DNA of 63,973 nt, filler included, from Folioceros fuciformis (lineage: Eukaryota), in assembly GCA_049999805.1 (NCBI GenBank). It is 33 parts of 33 records of this genome, joined end to end, with 100 filler letters (N's around TTAATTAATTAA, not from the genome) between each part and the next. Parts side by side here need not be neighbours in the genome. Positions count along the whole stretch, not along the records: positions 50,348 to 54,321 come from JBNGIO010000224.1; positions 54,422 to 57,110 come from JBNGIO010000226.1; positions 57,211 to 60,731 come from JBNGIO010000227.1; positions 60,832 to 62,799 come from JBNGIO010000232.1; 29 more parts are not named here. One strand, written 5' to 3'. Numbering within the stretch: position 1 is the first letter of the stretch; each line of letters starts with the position of its first letter. The notes under the pieces were generated by a model. The model saw only the letters and a list, made by a program, of their open reading frames with translations, was not told where the DNA came from and made no database searches. Shown piece by piece: positions 51,500 through 62,899 of this stretch. The translations under genes were made by a program, and so were the position numbers.

Positions 51500-52055
51500 T
51501 TGGTGTAAGTAGCCTAGACTTATTGCCAATGAGAGTGGTGATTCATTACTTAGAAGAGGTTGTTAATAATTTCAATTGCCATATATACAATAAGGCACAC
51601 AATACCAAAAATAGGTTTAACATATCGACAATGAGAGCTTACTACTGGATTAAAATGGTAACATGTATTACTTGAAAGGGATTGCTAATAATTTAGAGTG
51701 CCTTGCGCACAATACCATAAGTAGCCTTAACATATTGCCTATGAGAGCTTGCTACTAGATTGAAGTGGTAACATACATTACCTAGAAGAGATTGCCACTA
51801 GTTTAGAGTACCTTATACATAAAGCCACAAGTAGCCTTAGCATATTGCAAATGACTAGATTGAAGTGGTAACATGCATTACCTAGATGGGGTTGCCGCTA
51901 GTTTAGAGTGCCCTTCACACAATACCACAAGTAGTCTCAAGGTATAGCCACAAGTAGCTTAGAAGCACTAATACAAATAACTTAAGTATATTGCTTATAA
52001 GAGCTTTTCGTTAGGTTCAAGTCCTACATACATTACTGAAAGGGGTTGCCACTTC
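51500..52055. repeat. Degenerate ~100-120-bp tandem repeat, about 5 units
   Basis: Recurring TAGATTGAAGTGGTAACAT.CATTACCTAGA...TTGCC.CTAGTTTAGAGT.CCTT...CACAAGTAGCCTTA. Confidence 0.75.
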
Positions 52056-52699
52056 TTTTTACTGACCTAGACTATTCAATACCTCTAGTGGCTTAAAGCT
52101 TCAGCTGCATGCTACTTTGTTAATAAGTCCCATAATGGAATGTTGATATTGTACCTAGTGGAGATCACTGAAGATCTCTTCTTCCTTTCCTCTCCTTTCC
52201 TATGTTGGTACTTTCCTTATCTAGGTTTATACATGCTTGAAGCTTGTTTTAAGTATTGTAGATATTTTAGTAAGAAAAAACTTCATAGAAAATAAACATG
52301 GAGAAGCCCATTAAGCTTGAAAAAGAGGAATTTAAAAGAAAGAAAGAAATTGGGTTAAAGAGGACTATTTCAAAGCCACCATGGTTTGAACTACCGATGT
52401 ATCATGATCTGGGAGTTAAAACGGTCCTTCCTCCCTAGTCATAATTGTCCATCTTAGGTGTGGGTTATATGGAGAGCCAAAGCAAGATAAATGTAGCCCA
52501 ACGTCACACAACAATAAGATAATATATTCGAGCCATACACAACAATAATGTGGTATTGAATAATAATTAGTCAATGAACTAACTTAACCAACCCTAAAGG
52601 ATGGTGATTGTATTTCATCACATCCTTGAATGTGGGTGCAAAGCCAAGAGGATGGGATAGACTATACTGGACAGATTGCTACTGTGTCTTGCTGCATTT

Positions 52700-53830
52700 T
52701 TCTAAGGATTTGCGAAATTAATAATACTAGACGCCTTAAGTGGTCAAAAGGTTTCAGCAAATAGGCGAAGATATATTCAGTTCTCCTTGTCTTGTTGGGA
52801 CGTATGTAACCCATACTCAAGGAGCACGTCAACGATCTGTTTGTTCTGATTCCTACGGATTAGTCCATGGTTGGCTGATTGCGTATACTGAGGGCATTGG
52901 CACCAGCTTTGAGAAGAATCTCCATAACCTCCTCTGATTGCAAGTCTGTTGTGTGGTGCAAGGCTTTTATGTTGTTCCATTTAACTAGCTTCGACGTGCT
53001 GATAGTCTTTTCAAAGTTCATTGCCATACCTTCGTTTACTAGGAACGAATGATGTCTGTCTTTTAATGTTGAACCATTTAGTAGCGAGGGGACCTCATCT
53101 TCTTAAGCCAGGGGTTCTAGATCCATGCATGTTTGCTTGTTGGCTATGTAGGAGCTGTAGGATGACCATGTGTCCTTCCTTGTATCGAGTTTTAGGCAAG
53201 CCAAGCTGGTCATTTGCACTGAAGTTACTCTTCAGTGGTTGAGTGAACAAAATTTGTGATGTCTTGTTGATGTCTCCTTCTACGGTTGGAGCTAGAGAGT
53301 CCCTGTGATGTCTTGCTAATGTCTTGCAATTGTGCTAGAGAATGAACGCAATGGTTTGGGTGAGATCAAACTATTCCTTTTTTGATTTGATTTTTGTTCT
53401 ATTGAATTCCAACTTCCTGTAGGAAGCTCTACAAATACACTATTGTATTGTCTTCTGCAATATTGAGGGCTCTCAGGCCAAGCTTGTTTGCCAAGTGCAC
53501 TTCTACCTTGCTGTTTATCAGAATCTATGCTATTTCAATGTTTCCTTTAGCTTGAGCAACCATATGTAAAAGACTATTCCCTTACTAGTCTATGAACTTT
53601 GTATTTGCTCCCATTTCGAGAATCAGGGTTCTTGTCATGCCTAGATTACCTGAACTGTAGAGTTGATGGAATGGTGAGTACAAAAAGTTGTTGTTACTCC
53701 ACCCATCTATGTGCTTTAGGATCTTAATGCAGCCCTTTAGAACCTCCAACAATTGCCCATCTTGTTTATCGCGGATGTGTACTAAAGGGTGAAGATGAAG
53801 AAACAAGTCCTGATCAAAATTGTATTCAAG
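52700..53830 (-). mobile_element. Possible very old gypsy protease/RT remnant
   Basis: KHIDGWSNNNFL resembles the retropepsin IDSGSxxNF motif; downstream similarity is weak. Confidence 0.35.
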
Positions 53831-53836
53831 CTCCGT

Positions 53837-54055
53837 TAGCTTTTGGACAACTTGAGCTTGGACAATCGTGCCTGTAGGCTTGAGCAACATGATCTCCATT
53901 TGAGACATTTCTTCCCCTTTCAAGGAGAAACATGATTGTATGTGCTTCCATTAGCTTTTGGACAACTTGAGCTTGGACAATCGTGCTGGCAGGCTTGAGC
54001 AACATGATCTCCATTTGAGACATTTCTTCCCCTTTCAAGGAGAAACATGATTGTA
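53837..54055. repeat. ~114-bp direct duplication
   Basis: TTAGCTTTTGGACAAC...AAACATGATTGTA occurs twice. Confidence 0.92.
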
Positions 54056-54167
54056 GGTGCTTGACCTTCGTGCAAGGCTTAATGTAGAGGAGTTCTGTTA
54101 TTGGCGTATCTATTGCTAAACCTTATTGGCGTATCTATTGCTAAACCTCACCCTAAACCCAAAACCG

Positions 54168-54321
54168 AGTGGCAAGGAGCATGAAGTGGCAAGCACGATG
54201 TGGCAAGGAGCGGGAAGTGGCAAGGCAAGGAGCGGGAAGTGGCAAGGCAAGGAGCGGGAAGTGGCGAGGCAAGGAGCGGGAAGTGGCGAGGCAAGGAGCG
54301 GGAAGCGGCGAGGCAAGGAGC
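54168..54321 (+). repeat. 22-bp minisatellite (GGCAAGGAGCGGGAAGTGGCRA)
   Basis: About 6 units running into the gap. Confidence 0.93.
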
Positions 54322-55428
54322 NNNNNNNNNNNNNNNNNNNNNNNNNNNNNNNNNNNNNNNNNNNNTTAATTAATTAANNNNNNNNNNNNNNNNNNNNNNN
54401 NNNNNNNNNNNNNNNNNNNNNGCCCTGTTTTTAGTAGTTTTGGTTCTGTTTCAGCCACATGGAAAGCGGTGCTAAGAAGTGTGGTTCCCCGGAACTTATG
54501 ATTGGCTAAACCTAAACCCTAAACCCTTCACCATGTCAAAACTACTAGAGAGAGACAACAAACTTGACAATAATAATAATGATAATAAATTTACAAAGAG
54601 AGTTGTGTTTATATACTCAACCCTAAAGTTAACTACATAACCCCTCATAATATAAATAACCCTAATCTAGGTAGCTAGTGGCCGTGGTTACTAATAACCC
54701 TAGGGGTTTAACACCTTGCTTCTCCCAACTGCTTGCTCCTCTTGCTTCTCCCAACTACTTGCTCCCCTTGCTTCTCCCAGCTGCTTGTTGCCCTTTCTTC
54801 TCTCAGTTGCTTGCTCTCCTTGCTTCTTTTAACTCTAGCTCTAGTTTCTTACTACTACTCTAGTAGTCGTGGTAGATTGAAAGGGCTAGGGCTAGGTACT
54901 GTCAATATGGCAAGGAAGGCTAGGGCTAAGTGCTATCACTATGGCAAGGCGTTCCAAGTGTTAGAGCACCCCAAGTCTAGGAAGGTTTGCTTCCTTTTTG
55001 TAGAATGATAGCTAACATTTTGGCACCACGGCAGGACATGTCTGTGATAGCGAGTTTGTGTAGAGTTGTAGATCCCTTGTAGATTGTGCCCACCTTGGGT
55101 ATTATACATGTCTTGAATTGACTTCACTTGAGTCATAGAAGAGGTGACATGGTAGCACACCTACCTATGGATTCCTAGTGCTCTCTCTCTCTCTCTTTTA
55201 AAGCTTCAATTCTAAGCTTCTATCACACATCCAACTTGAAGTTAGTTGCTTACTTACAATCATAGAGTCAAAGGTTTCTAGATGTCTTAGATAGATTGGG
55301 AGTGAGCAGAGATGTTATGGGGTATTCTGGATCAAACATATCTTTGAAACCTAGTCTAAGATCCCAATGTCTTGGCATAATATTATGGGTCTTCAAATAC
55401 ATATCTTTGAAACCTAGTCTAGATCCCA

Positions 55429-55900
55429 ATGTCTTGTCACAGTATTATGGGTCTCCAAATGAAGACATTTGAGCATTTGTGGTTTTTTAGAAAAATCTTA
55501 AAAGCTCGCCTTATGGATACACATAAGAAATACTTGAAGTATTTCCTTGCATCCTTGCAAAAGGAAATAGAAGTTTGGTCTGAGTTTCTAGATGACAAAC
55601 TTCGTGTTGATTGGAATGCCTTGAGTATAGCCTTCTTAACCAAGTTTCGTAGTAAGTATTTCCACAAGGACTGTAAAGACCAATTGGACTACTTGTATCA
55701 AGAATGTCGTGAGTCTATTGCAGCATATGTGGAGCGAACAAGGACCTTGGTCAAGAAGCTCGGATACACAAAGGAAGAAGGCAAGCTCAAGAAGGTGAAG
55801 AGGAAATTCATACATGGCCTGAGGAACGAGTTCTAGACTCATAGGATGGAAGATGAAGAGAAGACATTGTGTGAAGTCATCAAATTAGCCATCTAGAAAA
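55429..55900 (+). mobile_element. gag: Ty3/gypsy gag remnant
   Basis: KYFLASLQKEIEVW...WNALSIAFLTKF...QECRESIAAYVER...KFIHGLR. Confidence 0.8.
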
Positions 55901-57210
55901 GCAGGGTTCTTGTTCATACCAAAGTTGCCAAGCCTCGACATCAAGAGCAATGCTAAAGGATGAGTCGATCTTCAGACTTTGACTCAAATTCAGTACAAGG
56001 AAGCCTTGCAAGAGCACCATCCCGAAGTGGCAAAGCTATTCAGTAGGAGGAAGGAGAAGCAAGTCCTCTAGCCATGATGTCACGAAGGGTGCATGAGCTT
56101 GAGGCCATGATTGCCAAGATGACGATGAAGAGAACCCATGAGCCTAGCTTACCAAAATCAAGAGAACCTTATAAGGGTTGCTTTCCATGTGTACCCAAAT
56201 CCATTTGGATAAATAAGTTTCAAGGCACTTTCCATGTTCCATAACACCATGTATGTGGCCAAAAAGTGCCGGATTTTAAGGGCACTCATCGAGACGAAAC
56301 GCTACTCCCGGTGGTGCACCTCATAACTAGTTCTTTGCCACCGTGAGCATCTCAGAAATACTTCTTTGTTGTTAGCGCGATCATGGCTGATCGTCAAGAC
56401 CACCCGATTCTCGCAACTATGACGGCCGTTGTGGTCACAATCCGAAGCGCCCAATAACACAGCGTCGTAGTTACATCTACAAGCAAGCTTAGTGCCTATG
56501 AAATGTCCACATTTGTGTTCTTCTTCCCCTATGAGAGTGGCAGATGAGGAAGACACCCTCCTCACTACAATGTGGCTGCTCGTATGCATAGCAACTCGAT
56601 TGTACTGGAAGCCTTAGAGAAGGGTAGGTATGTACTACATCAAACCACGGTCGTTATTTTTCCAAGACATTCGTGTTAGTGGAGGTGGAGGCAATGGAGC
56701 AAAGGGAGGAGGAGGTCTATGTGGAACTACAAAAGGCAATGGAGACCTCTCAGCATGATGTTGTTGAGAGGAAGGCAAAAAAAATTTCTGTGATTGAAGA
56801 GGAGGTTGCTGGGAATCGAGAACCAAGGGGTGATTGAATGCCATTGTTGATTCTGTACCTCCGATATGCTACATGATACTGTGACAATCTTTGCAATGGA
56901 GAAAAAACAATGTGGCTACTCTACAAAGTGATGGGATGTACCGGTGAAAGATATTGCCCATAATAGCCCATAAGCGCACCAAATGTTGGTGTGAAAAGCG
57001 GAAAGGAGGGTTGGGGAGGGCCAAAACTAATTGGGGAATCTTTCCTTCCTCCAAAAGCGGACTGCCCTGTTTTTAGTAGTTTTGGTTCTGTTTCAGCCAC
57101 ATGGAAAGCGNNNNNNNNNNNNNNNNNNNNNNNNNNNNNNNNNNNNNNNNNNNNTTAATTAATTAANNNNNNNNNNNNNNNNNNNNNNNNNNNNNNNNNN
57201 NNNNNNNNNN

Positions 57211-59040
57211 GCTCACAGGGGGAGCGAGTAGCGAGACTGGTAGTGAAACAATACACCTGATCTGCAATTCCCTTCACGCCAACTTGCAACAAGAACGAAT
57301 CAGGAGGACGCCCCTCTGGAGCGAAATACACTAGTTCCTAACCCCCCTGTCCGCAACTCTTCAAGGACCACAAAGGGAATTCCCGGCACCAAATTCCATG
57401 ACTTGGAATTTCCCACAACACGCGGTTTAGCAGCTCATACGGCTGACCGACCTGACATAGTTCCAACCGATGAAGCCCTAGCTGGACCTGAAGCAGCAGC
57501 TTGGAGAAAGGCCATGGATAGCGAATATCAATCCTTGGTCAACAACAACACATGGAGCCTTGTACCTTTACCCCCGGGACGCCATGCCGTGGGCAGCAAA
57601 TGGGTATTATGCAAAAAGTACAATGCCGATGGCCAAGTCTCGAGACTGAAGGCCCGATTCGTTGCCCGGGGTTTCACTCAAAGGGATGGAATCGATTATT
57701 ATGAAGACAGGGTATACACTCCAGTCGTGAAACTAACATCACTTCGCCTTATGTTAGCCTTGGCAGCTTTGCACAACCTTCACGTTCATCAGCTGGACGT
57801 GCAAACTGCGATCTTAAATGGAATACTCCAGGAAGAGATATACATCCAACAGCCGAATGGGTACATTGCACCTGGCAAAGAACACTTGGTCTGTAAGCTT
57901 CACAAAACCTTGTACGGCCTTAAACAATCTGGTAAGGAGTGGTACGAAGAATGTTACAGATCCCTCAGAAGGTTAGGATACACCAAGAGTAATGTGGACG
58001 CCAGTGTATTCATGATGGGCATCTATGTAGACGATGTTATTATGATATCCAATAATGAGAAATACTTGGCAGAATCTAAAGCTAAACTTATGCAGCAATT
58101 CTCTATGACAGACAACGGAATTATGCAGTTCTGCTTGGGTGTTCAAGTGAAGTATAACCCAACTCAAGAGAGCATTTTACTACACCAGGAGCGCTACATT
58201 CTGGATGTACTTGATAAATTCAACATGTCAAACTCCAAACCTGCTGACACTCCAATGCAGACAGGTCCTCGACTTAGCAAAACGATGTGCCCTAAAACTC
58301 CTGCAGAAGTAGAAGAAATGAGCTCTGTCCCCTATTCAGGAGCTGTGGGCAGTCTCCAGCATCTCGTACAAAATACTCGACCGGACATAGCCTTACCAAC
58401 TTCATTGACTTCCCAATTCCTTTCAAATGCTGGTCTACCTCACTGGGTTGCTGTAAAACGTATCCTCCGATACCTACAAGGTATGAAGAAGAAGGGTATT
58501 AAATACCATGGTGGCCCAGGAGCTCAAGACAAACTGATTGGCTGGACTGATGCAGATTGGGCCGGCGACCCTGATTCTCGTAGGTCCACAAGTGGCTACG
58601 TTTTCTTACTCGCCGGTGGAGCAATCAGTTGGAAAGCAAAGAAACAAACTTCTATAGCTCTCAGCTCTGCAGAATCGGAATACATTTCTGCCGCCTCTGC
58701 CGCCAAGGAAGGTTTGTGGTTAGTCCAACTGCTGACTGACCTTGGCTATCCACATCAAGGACCAATCGAGCTACGCTGTGACAATCAAGCTACAATCTCT
58801 CTATCCAAGGATCTGAGATTTCACGAGCGCTCAAAACACATTGAGCTCAGATACCATTTTCTGCGTTCCAAAGTTGAGAGTAACGAAGTGCGCTTAACGT
58901 ATGTACCAACCCAGGAACAGGTGGCTGATATCTTCACCAAGCCACTTGCGAAGATTAAGCATGCTCAGTTTACTTCCGCATTAGGACTTACAGATTGTCA
59001 GTAGTTCCCCTATCTCGACGCTTGAGCTTAAGGGGGTGTG
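57211..59040 (+). mobile_element. pol: Ty1/copia RT-RNase H (533-aa open frame to natural stop) + polypurine tract
   Basis: ORF 57403-59004: KARFVARGF, TLYGLKQSG, IYVDDV, WTDADWAGD, SKHIELRYHF; AAGGGGG-TG at 59030-59038. Confidence 0.97.
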
Positions 59041-60194
59041 TGCGCAGTAGTGCAGTGTGTAAGCTGCAACCGATCGAGACCTGAACAGTCGTGACTTATT
59101 AGGTGAACGGTCGTGTCTCTTCGATAGACTGAACTCCTCAAGATGCTAGATGTAGCCCATTCATCATACAACAGACACTCTCTCTTTTCCGAAATGAAAT
59201 CAATGACCACAACATCTTTTCCTCAATTCATCACTATCCTCAGTGGAAATCCTGAGGGTCTCTCTGCGCCACGACCAACCATTCCTAGTAAGCCTGAAGG
59301 CGTGCTCATGTGGTGGCGGTAAGAAATCTTGTAAGAGGAAATAGGGTCGACGGAAAGTCATGTGCTCGAATTCCCAACACTCTTGCTTTGATCGGCCAAA
59401 GTTCCGTGGAACCCACATCTGCTATGGGGCGATCCCTTCAACACGGTGGCAGCGAGCAGCAAACCGGCGTACAAATTGAGCCACTCGAAGGGGAGGACAG
59501 ATGCTGAAGAAATCCTCCGCGCAGTCGCACGTGCTTCAGGTGGTGGAAGCGCCGCTGTGACACGGGATTCGATCTGCCTCCTTTCCAGACATGGGCAATA
59601 CGGGGAACGCCCTGCTGCTGCTGCGATTTCCAGCAATTGGCCCCTCACACCACCGCGATCACAAAATTGAGCCGTGTCATGGCTTGAAAAGTCTGCTAAG
59701 TACTGTATCTGTGTGAACTTTGTTTGCAGGTCATTAACGCACAAGCTGTTAAGTTGTAGCGAACGGATGTAGAGTAGGTTGATTTATTTTTGTCAAAGAA
59801 ATGGTTAATGACTGAAAGTTATTGCAAAAGAGCAGTGAACGGTTGCGAGCTGTTTTAGTAGTTGATTTTTACGGGCAGTTTGTGTCAGTCCAGGAGCTTA
59901 CACGGACAGTTAATAACGGCATTGCAAAAAGAATATAGGTATCAAGCAAGAAGGAATAGGCATTCTTTTGATAGTTCGCTTAAAAAGTTCAATATGGGAG
60001 CAATGTACAAGGTGTTCATGACAATTTGGTTTGAATCAAGAAGCTTGTAGCAAACTAAACAATTGAATCAAAGCTTTTGTGTTGCGAATTTGCGTTTACG
60101 TGTATTATTGCATATGAGAACGATGCAATGGCGTGACAGAGAGCGTGGTCGGATTGACGTCTTAAAACTTATCAGGTGATGATGTCAAATTGAG

Positions 60195-60477
60195 GGAGGA
60201 GGAGTAGAGAAAGCTACTCCTTCTGTTGATTTCGTGTGTAGTAAACCACCGAAGAGTGGAAGGATGGCCAGTAGCCTTGGTGTGCACGATGGGGAGGAAG
60301 CACCCAAGAGGAGGCATCTATGAATTATAAACGTGATTACTTACTCACATCAATGGAGGAGGAGTAGAGAAAACTGCTCCTTTTGTCGATCTCATGTGTA
60401 ATAAACCACCGAAGACTGGAAGGATGGCTAGTAGCCTTGGTGTGCAAAATGGGGAAGAAGCACCCAAGGGGAGGCAT
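60195..60477. repeat. ~123-bp direct repeat with 160-bp period
   Basis: GGAGGAGGAGTAGAGAAA...GAGGCAT at ~60195 and ~60355. Confidence 0.9.
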
Positions 60478-60536
60478 TTGTGTGCATTGTTTTTGGAGTG
60501 TGTGTATATCTCTATAGGGGCTGGGCTGGCCACCTC

Positions 60537-60561
60537 ATATATATATATATATATATATATA
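60537..60561. repeat. (AT)n microsatellite
   Basis: About 12 units. Confidence 0.95.
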
Positions 60562-61413
60562 CGTATATAAATGTGGGCTTACATGTTAGAGTTGAGGGAA
60601 GTTGGATGTAAGAAGTCAAGATCTTTTAGAGCATGACAACCGTTGTCCCAAATCTCTGCAATGCTTAGCGCATCCCCTAGCGCCCAGCCCTGACCAACTG
60701 CTCTTGTCGGGGGTACTCTGCTGAGTCGAGANNNNNNNNNNNNNNNNNNNNNNNNNNNNNNNNNNNNNNNNNNNNTTAATTAATTAANNNNNNNNNNNNN
60801 NNNNNNNNNNNNNNNNNNNNNNNNNNNNNNNCACACCTAGCCAGACGGGCGCCCCTGGCCAGACACGCCCCCGGCAGCGAGCGCGTTGGCCAGGTGAGCC
60901 CCAAGAGGGGGCCGCGAGAGCAAAGAGGCAACCCCGGCCGAGGGCGCCCCAGCCACGGGAGCAAGGTGGGCACCCCAGTCGCGGGCGCCAGGGGTGCGCC
61001 ACGGGAGCGCCGGTGCGTTGGTGGCGCCAGGGCACTAGGAGCGCCTTGCCTCTTGGGCGCAGGGACGCGGCCAGGCCGCGAGCGCCACAATGAGGGGGCC
61101 AGAGCGGTGCGGACGACACAGACCCCGTGGGCGAGGGTGCGGACGTCGTGGATGAGGGTGCGGACGCTGTGGGCAAGGGCGCGGACGCCAAGACGCCAGA
61201 TCGATTCGGTCACAAGGCGCCGAGATCAATCTCCGGACACGGGCCAACCGGGATCTCGACCGCAAGGCGCCGAGATCAGTCTACGGGCACGGGCCAACCG
61301 AGATCTCGACCGCAAGGCGGAGTGATCAAACCCTGGGCGGCCAGATTATTGCAAGGACGTGACACTCATAGGCATGAGGTAGACCACTCTCCTAATAAGG
61401 CAAATTGGCCTTT

Positions 61414-61664
61414 AAGTGGGAGGTTGTTAGGTTATTAAAGCCAATGTGCTTAGACTAATGTGTTTAGTCTAAGATTAGTGTCTAAGATTAGCTTAGCTTA
61501 AGCTAATCTTTAGGAAGCATCTTGTGTGCTTCTTGTGAAGCTTCATGTGTGCTTCTTGTGAAGCTTCTTTGGGAGCTCTTCTAAAGGGTATAAATACCCC
61601 TTGAGCTCCCTTGCAATATAGAGTGAGATTGGCAGAGACTATGTGTGAGAGTGTGACTAAGGAG
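61414..61664 (+). repeat. Polypurine tract + partial 3' LTR related to copia family B
   Basis: AAGTGGGAGG then TGTTAGGTTATTAAAGCCAATGTGC from 61425; matches 22962-23155; TATAAATA at ~61588. Confidence 0.85.
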
Positions 61665-62634
61665 GTTCCTACTTCCTCTCTGCTCTTTTTCTTTGATATA
61701 GAGTCCCTCTACCCCAGTATCCCCATTAATCTGGGTCTTCATTTTCTTCTGGAGCACATCCTCACCTATGGTCGTCTTCGGAAGATTAGGGTGGATCTAG
61801 TAATGGAGGCGGCTTCTCCCATCCTCCACAACAACTATCTGGAGTTCAATGGTGTTTTTTACAAACAGGTTCAGGGCGCTGCAATGGGCAACAGTTTTGC
61901 TATTGTCTTCGCGTGCCTCTTCTTATCTGCTCTAGAGATCGAGACCAGGAGGCATTCTTCAGTTGTCCATCTACTCGACCTGAAAAGGTTTATAGATGAT
62001 GGTTTCAATATCTGGACCGGTGACCGGAAGCTCTTGGAGGAATGGCTGGAGTTCTACTCCAACATTGTACCCTCCATCAAGCCCCCATGGAATATCTCGT
62101 CCTCTTCGTATGACTTCCTTGACGTCACCTTTTTCAAGAGAACGGATTTCGTTTCAACTGGGTTGCTCTCCACTCATTGTTTTCAAAAACAGCTCAACAT
62201 CTACCAGGACCTACCATGGCACTCCCTTCATCCTCAACATCAAAAGAACTCTTTTGTTGTGAGTGAGCTTCGGAGGTATGTGATCCAGGAAAGCTCTTCT
62301 TCCAGTTTCCTTTTTGTCAGGCTTGCCTTTTATCTTAGATTACGCGCCCAAGGTTGCCCTCCTACGCTTTTGTTTTGCAAAAATATCTTACACTAACAGA
62401 TCTTTATATCTTGCTCCACCTGCCCCCAAACACAACAGAGCCCCTCAGGTCATCAAGCTAGACTACTCCCCTTGAAGCAAGTGATTGTGACTGGGGGTAA
62501 CCCTAAACCCTAAATTTTTCGTAGAAATGCAAAAAGTTCTGTCTTTGTCCTTCATTCCCAAGCCAATCATCTGCTGGCGGAATCCAAAGAAATTGGGTAA
62601 TTATTTGGTGTGTGTGAAGATTAAGTCTCTTTAG
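61665..62634 (+). mobile_element. Penelope-like element reverse transcriptase, 5'-truncated, degenerate tail
   Basis: FFDIESLYPSIP, NNYLEFNG..YKQVQGAAMGNSFA, RFIDDGF, DFLDV, QKQLNIYQDLPWHSLHP, and tail ICWRNPKKLGNYLV; stop at 62632-62634. Confidence 0.9.
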
Positions 62635-62899
62635 TTATTTCTAAAGATTTTTTGAGGGATCTCTTAAATTACTCGAGTCTAGATTTTATTTTATTTTACC
62701 ATATTTCTTGAGACACTCTATCGAAGCTATAGGCATTTCAAAGCCTCTATATCTATGGTGACATAGGCTTCACAATTGTACTGGGAACTTCCCCTAATGN
62801 NNNNNNNNNNNNNNNNNNNNNNNNNNNNNNNNNNNNNNNNNNNTTAATTAATTAANNNNNNNNNNNNNNNNNNNNNNNNNNNNNNNNNNNNNNNNNNNN

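Larger units (their letters stand above)
3319..62899. other. 32 artificial 100-nt contig spacers (N44 + TTAATTAATTAA + N44); first 3319-3418, last 62800-62899
   Basis: Identical length and identical 12-mer with stops in all six frames. Starts at 3319, 6256, 8361, 10049, 11432, 12731, 14757, 15972, 17866, 19692, 22324, 24026, 25913, 27753, 28886, 30911, 33121, 35818, 36925, 39009, 40136, 42189, 43584, 44827, 46204, 47391, 49084, 50248, 54322, 57111, 60732, 62800. Confidence 0.99.

Noticed and set aside
56160-57060. Named gene on the minus strand (PPPPFAPLPPPP region)
   Set aside because: No frame gives a recognisable family; left unassigned.
62635-62799. Hammerhead ribozyme downstream of the Penelope-like RT
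   Set aside because: No CTGANGA...GAAA core seen on either strand in the available sequence.
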